DNA from: Malacoraja senta
Lineage: Eukaryota
Length of the DNA: 64,000 bases
Assembly: GCA_038087875.1 (NCBI GenBank)
Contig: CM075999.1
Location: 2,296,001 to 2,360,000, forward strand
Reading direction: 5' to 3'
A program made the translations under genes and the position numbers. The notes under the pieces were generated by a model, which worked only from the letters and a program-made list of their open reading frames with translations, ran no database searches and had not been told where the DNA came from. Positions 24,316-35,227 of the stretch are shown piece after piece; the stretch's first letter is position 1; the number at the start of each line of letters is the position of its first letter.

Positions 24316-24784
24316 GTCTATCTTTAACTTTTAAATCTTTCTCTGTGTTCACGCATGTTATAATTCCACATCTAGCAATAGATTAGGAAATGTGTTAATC
24401 TGTGAGCACCATCCTATGCTTTGGATATCTTCCCTTTGTAGATATACAGCGCGCGTTTAATATTTATATTCTCCAGGGTTCCCTGATATTTAACTCCTGC
24501 CAGCTTGCTGTGGAATCCAATTAAAAACCATTCAGAAATACCTTCTTTGATTCTCCTCGAAGCGGAGTTGTTTCGATTGTGCAGTTTTTTGTTTCTGTAT
24601 TCCCATAACATGGATGCCATTTCCAGATGACTGGTTCCAGGCAAACAAATCAAAGCACATTAGAGATGAGTTTAAAAGATAGAGATCTTTGTCCAATGTG
24701 ATTTTCAAACTTGAATCTATTAATTGTACGCTATCTTTAACCTTTGAACCTCTGATCACCGATTGTCAAAGCCCAGTTCTTTTA

Positions 24785-25110
24785 TTTAGTTTAGCTTAGT
24801 TTAGAGATACAGCGCGGGAAACAGGCCCTTCGGCCCACCGAGTCCGCACCGACCAGCCATCCCCGCGCATTAACACTGTCCTACACACACTAGGGACAAT
24901 TTGCACGTACGCCAAGCCAATTAACCAGCAAACCTGCACGTCTTTGGAGTGTGGGAAGAAAACAAAAGATCTCGGAGAAAACCCATGGTGGTCACGGGGA
25001 GAACGCACAAACTCTGTACAGACAGCGCCCGTAGTCGGGATCGAACCCGGGTCTCTGGCGCTGCAAGCGCTGTAAGGCAGTAACTCTACCGCTGCGTCAC
25101 CTGTGCCCGC
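24785..25110 (-). mobile_element. V-SINE (HE1-like)
   Basis: Full-length reverse complement, with a duplicated cagcgc in the tRNA region. Confidence 0.88.
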
Positions 25111-25954
25111 CCAACTGTTATGATGGTTTAAAGCTACAGCATGGAAATAGGGCCCTTCGGGCCCAACAAGTCTATGCTCTCCCTCCTCTCTCCAACGAGA
25201 GTTTCTGCAACGTTCTGTCTCCCGCACCCCTGACTCTCAGACTGAAGAAGGGTCTCGACCCGAAACATTATCCACATTCTCTCCAGAGATGCTGCCTGTC
25301 CCGCTGAGTTACTCCAGCATTTTGTGTCTATCTTCGGTTTTAAACCAGCATCTGCGGTTCCTTCCTGCTACCTTTTGGCTGGCATTCGGTCACGAGGGCT
25401 GAATTACATTCACTCTGACCTGAGTCAGCGTGAGAGGAATGATTCAGTGTGAGGAATCCAGATGATTGAGGATTAGGACTTGCAAAGTCAATATGTGCTG
25501 TTTAACCTTAGTCGGCACGTGGCGCAGCGGTAGAGTTGCTGCCTCACAGCGCCAGAGGCAAGTGGCAATAATAGTACCAGTAGTCTTAGAAACAAGGAGC
25601 TGCAGGCGCTGGTTTACAAAACAAGACATAAAGTGCTGGAGTAACTCAGCGGGTCAGGCAGCATCTATGGAGAGAAGGAATGGGTGACGTTTCACAGAGT
25701 GCTGGAGTAACTCAGCGGGCCAGGCAGCATTTGTAGAGCGAAGGAAATGGGCAACCTTTCGGGCCGAAACCCTGAAGGAAATAGGCAACGTTTCGGGCCG
25801 AAACCCGGAAGGGTTTCGGGCCGAAACGTTGCCTATTTCCTTCGCTCCATAGATGCTGCCGCACCCGCTGAGTTTTCCCAGCGTTTTGGTCTACCTTATC
25901 ATTTATAGTGTGGTTCTGTATAGCTTACAAAGCACAGAAGTACACTGTGCCAGA

Positions 25955-26190
25955 GTAACTCAGCGGGTCAGGCAGCATCTGTGGAGAACATGGATGGGTG
26001 ACGTTTCACAGAGTGCTGGAGTAACTCAGCGGGTCAGACAGCATCTGTGGAGAACATGGATAGGTGACGTTTCACAGGGTGCTGGAGTAACTCAGCGGGT
26101 CAGGCAGCATCTGTGGAGAGAAGGAATGGGTGACGTTTCACAGAGTGCTGGAGTAACTCAGCGGGTCAGGCAGCATCTGTGGAGAACATG
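25955..26190 (-). repeat. 66-bp tandem array (PLE-derived)
   Basis: Reverse complement of the same unit, about 3.5 copies. Confidence 0.9.
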
Positions 26191-26864
26191 ATGGGGGTGG
26201 GGGAAGAAAGCTGGAAGGGAGTGGGGCAGAACGCAGCGTGGCAGGTAATAGGCTGACAAGAGGTGGGGAGGGTTGTTTTTTTTGATAGGCAGATGGTTGA
26301 ACAAAGGCAAGAGATAAAAAGACAGAAGGTGTGAGAGAATAGGATTGAAAGCGTGCGTTGTGAAGCTAGAGGATGTAAATGTCGGTGGAGGGAGTGGGGG
26401 GGGGGGGGGTGGGTCAGTAGCTTCAAGAACAATTTTTCGGTTTAAATCTTTTCCATCAGTTGTTTGTCTTCAAAAAAAAGCTACTTCGGTGGGAAGGTGA
26501 GGGTGGCGCTGGTTTATGGTGTCTACGGGCCAGTCTGTGGAGGGGCCGTCGATTTCCATCACAGAAGGATTTTTTGGTGAGGCTGGTGGGTTTTTACAAC
26601 AATCAGCCCCCGTCAACTGAAACTATTTATCAGTTTAAATGCAGATACATCAAATGAAGCTTTATTTAATGAACTGAAGTTAAACTGCACGGCAGCCATA
26701 GTGAGAATTGAACTTGTGTCTCCAGATCATTGGTCAAGGTCTCTAGTAAACTGTAAACAGTCTGTAACCTCTGTGCTACATTGCAACGACTCTACTGAAT
26801 ACACAGCCTCAGAGTAAAAGAATAAGGGGCCGCACATTGGCGCAGCGGTAGAGTTGCTGCCTTA

Positions 26865-27635
26865 TGGCCCTGTCCCACTTAGGCGATATTTTAGGCGACT
26901 GCCGGTGACTAGGCTGTCACCACATGGTCGCCGAGGTGATGCCTGTATGGTCGTGAGTAGCCTCCTCAGTCGCCCAGAGAGTCGTAGCGTCTTTCTGATC
27001 GCAGCTGGATTTCGAAATGTTCGAAGCTTTTCAGCGACAGTCGGCGACAGTTGGCTTCACGCCAATGGGCGTAGATTGACTTCTCCTGACGTAGGTGCTG
27101 TTGTAGGTTGGTTTTAAGAAGGAACTGCAGATGCTGGAAAATCGAAGGTAGACAAAAGTGCTGGAGGAACTCAGCGGGTGCAGCAGCATCTATGGAGCGA
27201 AGGAAATAGGCAACGTTTCGGGCCGAAACCCTTTAAGGGTTTCGGCCCGAAACGTTGCCTATTTCCTTAAGGGTTTCGGCAGCATCTATGGAGATGAAGG
27301 AATAGACGACGTTTCGGGACGAAACCCTTCTTCAGACCGATCAATTGTCGTAGGTTGTCGCCGGTCCTGACTTCGGTGAATTCCATTGGCGAGTACCTAC
27401 GTCAACCTCCGTCGACTGGCGACAGAATTGTCTCACCTTGTCGCGGGTTGTCGTAGGTGGACGTCCCAATGGGTCGCCAGTTGTCGGTAACTTGCCGTAG
27501 CGTGATGTCGACTAGATGGTAGGTTGCCGTAGACATTGTCGTAGGGGGGGACCAGTCGCTGGTTTTTCGGCGACCTGCTACGACTATGACAGTCGCCTGC
27601 AGCCGCCGAATAATCGCCTAAGTGGGACAGGCCCA
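26865..27635. mobile_element. PIF/Harbinger-type MITE, family C, inserted in a V-SINE
   Basis: TIRs ctgtcccacttaggcga / tcgcctaagtgggacag; flanks tta and taa. The SINE head (26833-26864) resumes at 27639. Confidence 0.82.
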
Positions 27636-28187
27636 TAACAGCACTTGCAGCGCCAGGGACCAGGGTTCGATCCCGACTACGGGTGCTGTCTGTACGGAGT
27701 TTGTACGTTCTCCCCGTGACTTGCGTGGGGTTTTCTCTGAGACCTTCGGTTTCCTCCCACACTCCAAAGACCCACAGGTTTGTAGGTTCATTGGCCTCGG
27801 TGTAAGTGTAAATTGTCCTTAGTGTGTGTAGGTAATTGTCCCTTGTGTGCGGGCTCGGTGCTGATCCGCGCTGTATCTCTAAACTAAACTAAAATGGAAG
27901 GTAGACAAAAAAGCTGGAGAAACTCAGCGGGTGAAGGCAGCGTCTATGGAGCGAAGGAATAGGTGACGTTTTGGGTCGAGACCCTTCTTCAGACTGAACA
28001 TCTTTCTTAAACTAAACTTTTGGAAAGGAGATGAGGAGGAATTTCTTTCGTGAGAAGGTGGTGAATCTGTGGAATTCACTGCCACAGAAGGCTGTGGAGG
28101 CCAAGTCAATGGGCATTTTTAAGCAGAGATAGATAAGATTCTTGATTAGTACGGGTGTCAACCGTTATGTGGAGAAGGCAGGAAAAT

Positions 28188-28513
28188 TCGTTTCTTTTCC
28201 TTTTTCATACAAAATGCTTTTATTCAGAACAAACAAAAATACAAATAATAACACGATCAAAGAATGGCTATATTGGCATTTTACAAACAAAGTTATCAAA
28301 TTAAAATGTTAACTTTTTTATCAACAATACATTCGACCTCCCGCGGTGACCAGCGTTCGCGGAAGGCCTCCAGAGTCCCCGGTGGACACCGCGTGTGTGT
28401 TCCCTCTCCAGGGACACGCGGGCACGGACGTAACCCCGGAAAAGGGGCAGGCAGCCGACCGCCGTGCGGCCGTCGACTGCCCCCCGCTGCCTGGACCCGC
28501 GAATGGCCATCTT
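28188..28513 (-). mobile_element. Tx1/L1-clade LINE 3' end
   Basis: Minus-strand peptide KMAIRGSRQR...CLPLFRGYVRARVSLERE resembles the Tx1 ORF2 C-terminus; AATAAA plus A-rich tail; 8-bp TSD aggaaaat at 28180-28187 and 28514-28521. Confidence 0.65.
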
Positions 28514-29393
28514 AGGAAAATGGGATTAGGAGGCAGAGATCAGCCATGATTGAATGGTGGAGGGGACTCGATGGGCCGAATGGCCTAATTCTGTCATTTG
28601 TGAACTTTTGAACTACTTTGGAAAGTTTGACAAAAGTTAATATTCAGGTTGCGACCATTGGTCAGAACTGGTGAGGATTGAAAAGAAGAATTGTTTAGGT
28701 CACCAAACCGGTCTGAAGAAGGGTCTTGAGCCGAAACATCACCCATTCCCTTTCTCCAGAGATGTTGCCTGGCCCGCTGAGTTACACCAGCACTTTGTGT
28801 CTATCTTCTCGTTTTAATTTCCATGGATCTGTTTGCATTTCCCCCCGAGTCAATAGACAACAGACAATAGGTGCAGGAGTAGGCCATTCGGCCCTTCGAG
28901 CCACCACCGCCATTCAATGTGATCATGGCTGATCATCCCCAATCAGTACCCCGTTCCTGCCTTCTCCCCATATCCTCTGACTCCGCTATCTTTAAGTGCC
29001 CTATCTAGCTCTCTCTTGAAAGCATCCACCGCCCTCTGAAGCAGAGAATTCCACAGACTCACAACTCTGTGTCACACCGAAAGCAACAAAGAAATATTTT
29101 CCCAGCATCGAGATGTCCGCACATTTGCTGTCTCCACCTCTGAGAAGTGTTATTCATGGAGTCAATTTATTCAATCTGACTCGGCCTCAATTCAAGGAGC
29201 CGCAGTTATTTTTCAGAAAGAATTATCTGTAGTGAATGGCTTCATTTGCATTCCGTTCTCTGATGATGTATGCTGAAAGTGATTTGTGTTTCAGCGAACG
29301 GGTTTCTGTGTGTATTCCATTAAGGGAGGGGAGTCAAAAAAAGATGGAGATACTGAGCGGGTGAGGCAGCGTCTATGGAGCGAAGGAATAGGC

Positions 29394-29421
29394 GACGTTT
29401 CGGGTCGAGACCCTTCCTCAG
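29394..29421 (-). ncRNA. Minimal hammerhead motif, CUGAGGA variant
   Basis: Reverse complement CTGAGGAAGGGTCTCGACCCGAAACGTC; the change is at the freely variable N7 position. Confidence 0.68.
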
Positions 29422-30367
29422 ACTGAACTTCTTTCTTAAACTAAAAAGGATGTGATTTTAGAAAGGAGATGAGGAGGAATTTCTTTAGTGAGTAGGTGGT
29501 GAATCTGTGGCATTCATTGCCACAGAAGGCTGCGGAGGCCAAGTCACTGGGTATTTTTAAGGTAGAGATAGATAGATTCTTGATTAGTGTCAGGGGTTAT
29601 GGGGAGAAGGCGGGAGAATGGGGTTGAGAGGGAAAGGTAGATCAGCCATGATTGAATGGCGGAGTAGACTTGATGGGCCGAATGGCCTAATTCTGCTCCT
29701 AGAACTCATGACCTTACCTCCACTATTCAAAATATTCACTATTCACTATTTGAGACCCGAAACGTCGCCTATTCCTTCGCTCAATAGACGCTGCCTCACC
29801 CGCTGAGTTTCTCCAGCTTTTTTGTCTACCTCCGATTTTTCCAGCATCTGCAGTTAACCATTAAGTGAGGGTGTGGGTCTTAGCCGAGGGGCATTCTCTG
29901 CAACCAGCTGTGGGAGAATGTCCCTCCAGTACTCATGAAAGAGTCCTTGCAGTTCGAAGCTAAGCTGAAGGTTACCGGGAGCCCAGCCGCTCGCTGCCTG
30001 TCAAAAGCAGCGTGTGATCTGATTCCTCCACCCTTGCCTATTGTCTGTCTCCATTTCGTGGCATTTGCATTTTGCATGCAATTGAATTTGCGAGTTACTG
30101 TAAAATTTATGAGGATATTTATAACGGATTATTTCACGGGCAGAAACCATCACTTCATTCCATTGATAGCGGCAGCTACTTCATCATCTGTCTCCCCCTC
30201 TGATATTAACTGCAATTCAGATTAGTTTATTGTCGTTTGCAGCAGCGTGCACAGAAATTGCTTGTTCGCATGAAGCTCGCAGGGTGAACACAGAATAGAT
30301 GCAGTCAGAATAAAACACAATGACTGGTGTAAAATTGCAGGGTGTGAATGGGAAAGTGGGGTGACAT

Positions 30368-30930
30368 AGTCAAGTCAAGAGTCAAGAGAGTTTTATTGTC
30401 ATGTGTCCCAGATAGGACAATGAAATTCTTGCTTGCTGCAGCACAACAGGGTATGTAAACATAATACAGAACAGGAGGTAAAAGTTCAGTGTGTCTATAG
30501 ACCATAGACCATATATGTACACACAATAAATAAACAGATAATTTATGGCTGTTATGGTTCAGAGTTTGTTTGATGTCGTGTTTAATAGCCTGATGGCTGT
30601 GGGGAAGTTGCTATTCCTGAACCTGGATGTTACAGATTTCAAGCTCCTGTACCTTCTTCCCGATGGCAACGGAGAGATGAGTGTGTGGCCAGGATGGTGT
30701 GGGTCTTCGTTGATGTTGGCAGCCTTTTTGAGGCAGCGACTGCGATAGATCCCTTTCGATGGTGGGGAGGTGAGAGCCGAAGATGGACTGGGCAGTGGTC
30801 ACAACTTTCTGCATTCTTTTCCGCTCCTGGACGTTCAAGTTGCCGAACCAAGCCACAATGCAACCGGTCAGCATGCTCTCTACTGTGCACCTGTAGAAGT
30901 TCGAGAGAGTCCTCCTTGACATACCGACAT
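30368..30930 (-). mobile_element. Rex1/Babar-type LINE 3' fragment
   Basis: Peptide LSNFYRCTVESMLTGCIVAWFGN and Rex-like tail. Confidence 0.8.
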
Positions 30931-31964
30931 CCCATCTTGACATAGAACTACTGTGAATGGGTGATCGATGGTCGGCGTGGCCTAGGTGGGGCCTAGGTGG
31001 GGCCGAAGGAACTGCAGATGCTGGTTTACACCGAAAATCAACACAAAAAGCTGGAGTAACTCAGCGGGTCAGGCAGCATCTCTGGAGAAAAGGAATAGGT
31101 GCCGTTTCGGTTCGAGACCCTTCTTCAGGCCGAGAGTCAGGGGAAAGAGAAATGAGAGAAATAGACGGTGATGTAGAGAGATATAGAACAAATAGATCAT
31201 TGTTACTTTTTTGCATATCTTTCATTCATTTGTTCTATATCTCTCGTTTCAATAATGGACAATAGACAATAGGTGCAGGAGTAGGCCATTCGGCCCTTCG
31301 AGCCAGCACCGCCATTCAATGTGATCATGGCTGATCATCCACAATCAGTACCCCGTTCCTGCCTTCTCCCCGTTTCCCTCTCCCCTGACACTCAGTCTGA
31401 GGGTCTCAACCCGAAACGTCACCCGTTCATGTATGTCATGTTGTCACTTGCGGGCGGAGCACCAAGGCAAATTCCTTGTATGTGAATACTTGGCCAATAA
31501 ACTTATTCATTCATTCATTCATTCATTCATTCATTCATTCTCTCCAGAGATGCTGCCTGCCCCACTGAGTTGCTCCAGCATTTTGTGTCTATCTTGGTTT
31601 AAACCAGCATCTGCAGTTCCTTCCTGCAACATTAGTTCAGTGATACGTGAGCGAGGCACTTAGAATGCTTGGCTGCATTAAACGTGCTATATAAATTGAG
31701 GTGTAATTCAGCAGAGAGTGGTCATGAAATAAGGGTGACATTCTACTTCCAAGACACTTAGTGGATTACTTGATCTCAACCAAAGCTTCTGAGTCATAAA
31801 ACTCTAAGTCTTTTTCTGGGAAACTGAGCATAAAAATCTAACCTCGTCCTCGAACACAATGCAAGGACATCTCTCCACTGATTCTTAAAATAGACTCTTA
31901 CCTTTACTGACTTGAATGGACTCGAAGCGGTGCAATCTCTTCCCCTTCCCGTTCCCACACAGAC

Positions 31965-32374
31965 CAAAGATCCTATAGCGGAGCAAGATAGACCACTCCT
32001 GCTAAATGCAATGGGCTGACGTGTAGTACGCAACGGACCGGAACGTGGGCCTTTTTTTCATCCATTTCAGTAACCGGACCCGACCCGACCCGACCCGCAG
32101 TGTAATCAACGTTGCGGGGGAACAGTTTGTGTTAATAAATTAAAATTCTGAAAATGAGGAGAAGATTTTTACCAAATAACTTTTATTTTTACGAGGATGT
32201 TTCCGTAACCGGCTTCCGTCTCCGCACTAGTTATCTTTGCTCCGCTACGGGATCTTTGGTGCGGAGACGGAAGCCGGTTACGGAAATGGGGCCAAAAATA
32301 ACCCGTGAATCTGCCCATGACCGTACTACGTCTTTTTCGTCGAGTGATCTATCTTGCTCGCTATAGGATCTCTG
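31965..32374. mobile_element. hAT-type MITE, family A copy 2, inserted in a PLE endonuclease fragment
   Basis: Same TIRs as 557-951; 8-bp TSD acacagac at 31957-31964 and 32375-32382. Confidence 0.9.
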
Positions 32375-32890
32375 ACACAGACCTTTCTGTCCACGGACTC
32401 CTCCATTGTCAGAGTGAGGCTAAACGCAAATTGGAGGAACAGCATCTCATATTTCGCTTTTGGGCAGCTTACAGCCCAGTGGTATGAATATTGATTTCTG
32501 TTACTTCAGGTAACCCTGGCATTCCCTCTCTCTCTCTATCCCTCCCCCACCCAAGTCGCACTAGCTTCTCGTTTTCACCCAACAAACAGCTAACAATGGC
32601 AAGCAAGAATTTCATTGTCCTATCTGGGACACATGACAATAAACTCTCTTGACTCTTGACCTGTTTCCTTTATCATCGTAACTTTTTTTTGCATATCTTT
32701 CATTCATTGTTCTTTATCTCTCCACGTCACCGTCTATATCTCTCGTTTCCCTAACCAGTTTGAAGAAGGGTCTCGACCCGAAAACGTCACCCATTCCTTC
32801 CCTCCAGAGACGCTGCCTGTCCCGCTGAGTTACTCCAGCATTTTATGTCCATCTTCTGTGTAAATCAGCATCTGCAGTTCCTTCCTTTAC
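32375..32890 (+). mobile_element. Penelope-like element 3' end
   Basis: Peptide LLHCQSEAKRKLEEQHLIFR, 3'UTR and degenerate hammerhead at ~32760. Confidence 0.82.
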
Positions 32891-33212
32891 AGGCTTCTTT
32901 CAAGCTGCAGTCAGTTCAGGTTAGTATTTCTTCATTATTACATTTAACTTACGAGTGTAGAATCTAAAATAAACTAGTGTACATATTCTGTGAAAAATAA
33001 GTAGATCATTCACATATTACAACAAATGGTCATGATTATCTAGTTCAAAATAAACCTTTACCAAATAATCTGCAAATTCACAGAAATAACTAAGTATAAG
33101 TAGAAATGCCAAGATCTCCCCACATCACCGTCTATTTCTCTCATTTCCCTTGTCCCTAACCAGTTTGAAGAAGGGTCTCAACCCGAAACGTCGCCAATTC
33201 CTTCCCACCAGA

Positions 33213-33570
33213 GATGCTGCCTGACCCGCTGAGTTACTCCAGCACTCTGTGAAACGTCACCTATCCATGTTCTCCACAGATGCTGCCTGACCCGCTGAGT
33301 TACTCCAGCACTCTGTGAAACGTCACCTATCCACGTTCTCCACAGATGCTGCCTGACCCGCTGAGTTACTCCAGCACTCTGTGAAACGTCACCTATCCAC
33401 GTTCTCCACAGATGCTGCCTGACCCGCTGAGTTACTCCAGCACTCTGTGAAACGTCACCTATCCATGTTCTCCACAGATGCTGCCTGACCCGCTGAGTTA
33501 CTCCAGCACTCTGTGAAACGTCACCTATCCATGTTCTCCACAGATGCTGCCTGACCCGCTGAGTTACTGC
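33213..33570 (+). repeat. 66-bp tandem array (PLE-derived)
   Basis: About 5.4 near-identical units, period 66, directly downstream of a hammerhead-like motif at ~33165-33192. Confidence 0.95.
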
Positions 33571-33958
33571 AGAACCTTGTGCTTTTCTTTGGAGGAAAGA
33601 CTTAAGACTTTTGGAAATAGAGACGATTTAATCCTCAAGGTTACAGGACACTTTGCTGCGCAGCGTTGAGCTTTAATCCTGGATTCCGCTTACCGGCTCG
33701 CATCAAAAGGTTTGCAACTTGGAGCCGTGTTTGTTTATGGGGGCAGCTATAATTTCCAAAGAGGTCGCAGATACGTGGCAGGCAAATTAACATTTTGTTG
33801 TTAAAATTTGCGCTCATCTAGGTGAGGAATTTAGCTGCTGGGAGATGGAATCCTTCCATTTGGAGAGCATGGGCTTTGCATCAGACACCTGGCACATCAG
33901 AGAGAACACAGCCAAGTTCACTGTCCACATCAACCTCTTCCAACCCACTTCAGTTCTT

Positions 33959-34319
33959 AGGTAGACAAAAGTGCTGGAGAAACTCAAGTCAAGTCAAGTC
34001 AAGTCAAGTCAAGTCAAGTCAAGTCAAGTGAGTTTATTGTCATGTGTCCCTGGTAGGACAATGAAATTCTTGCTTTGCTTGAGCACAACAGAACATTGAG
34101 CACAACAGAACAGCATCTATGGAGCGAAGGAAATAGGCAACGTTTCGGGACGAAACCCGGAAGGGTTTCGGCCCGAAACGTTACCTATTTCCTTCCTTCC
34201 GGGTTTCGGCCTGAAACGTTGCCTATTTCCTTCGCTCCACAGATGCTGCTGCACCCGCTGAGTTTCTCCAGCATTTTTGTCTACCTTCGATTTTCCAGCA
34301 TCTGCAGTTCCTTCTTAAA
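33959..34319. mobile_element. PLE-derived palindromic element
   Basis: Inverted arms; 13-bp TSD cacttcagttctt at 33946-33958 and 34320-34332; secondary (AGTCA)n/Rex-tail insertion inside. Confidence 0.82.
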
Positions 34320-34850
34320 CACTTCAGTTCTTCATATCAGCTATAAATAAACATAAAATATAGACACAAAGTGCTGGAGTAACTCAGCGGGACAAGGCGG
34401 CATCTCTGGAGAGAAGGAATGGGTGACGTTTCGGGTTGAGGTACCCTTCTTCAGATTGAGAGGCAGGGGAGAAAGAAACTATGGGTTTGGAAAGGTACAA
34501 AGAATAAATGAATGAGAGCAGGAGGAATCACGGGGGTGGGGAGGGGGGAGAGGGTTGCAGCGAGAGGGTGTTTCCGCTCCATTGTGAAGTCTCCTCCAGG
34601 TGTGCCTACTTTGACAAAGTTCTCCTCCTCGCTCCGACGAGAGTTCTGCAGCATCCTCTCTCGCGGCTCCCCCCTCTGTGATTCCTCCTGTTCCAGGTCA
34701 GATGGGTTGTGTAGAAACAAGGAACTGCAGATGCTGGTTAATACACAAAAAGGACACAAAATGCTGGAGTAACTCAGCAGGTCAGGCAGCATCTCCGGAG
34801 AACACGGACAGGCGATGTTTCGGGTTAGATTGTTAGATTGTTTCGGGTTA

Positions 34851-35227
34851 AGATTGTTAAGGGCTTGGACACACTAGAGGCAGGAAACATGTTCCCGATG
34901 CTGGGGGAGTCCAGAACCAGGGGCCACAGTTTAAGAATAAGGGGTAAGCCATTTAGAACGGAGACGAGGAAACTCTTTTTTCTCATCGAGAGTGGTGAGT
35001 CTGTGGAATTCTCTACCTCAGAGGGCGGTGGAGGCCGGTTCTCTGGATACTTTCAAGAGAGAGATCGATAGGGCTCTTAAAGATAGCGGAGTCAGGGGAT
35101 ATGGGGAGATGGCAGGAACGGGGTACTGATTGGGGATGATCAGCCATGATCACATTGAATGGCGGTGCTGGCTCGAAGGGCCAAATGGCCTACTCCTGCA
35201 CCTATTGTCTATTGTCTATTGTCTATT
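34851..35227 (+). mobile_element. CR1 LINE 3' fragment, (CTATTGT)n subfamily
   Basis: Peptide KIVKGLDTLEAGNMFP and tandem tail. Confidence 0.9.

Noticed and set aside
24414..24759. Overlapping minus-strand ORFs in unique sequence
   Set aside because: Short, with no recognisable domain and no convincing splice pair; treated as non-coding.
33213..33570. CRISPR-like appearance of regular repeats, and 22-aa repeat ORFs at 23959 and 25853
   Set aside because: The units are contiguous with no unique spacers, there are no cas genes and the context is eukaryotic. The peptide periodicity only reflects the 66-bp unit.
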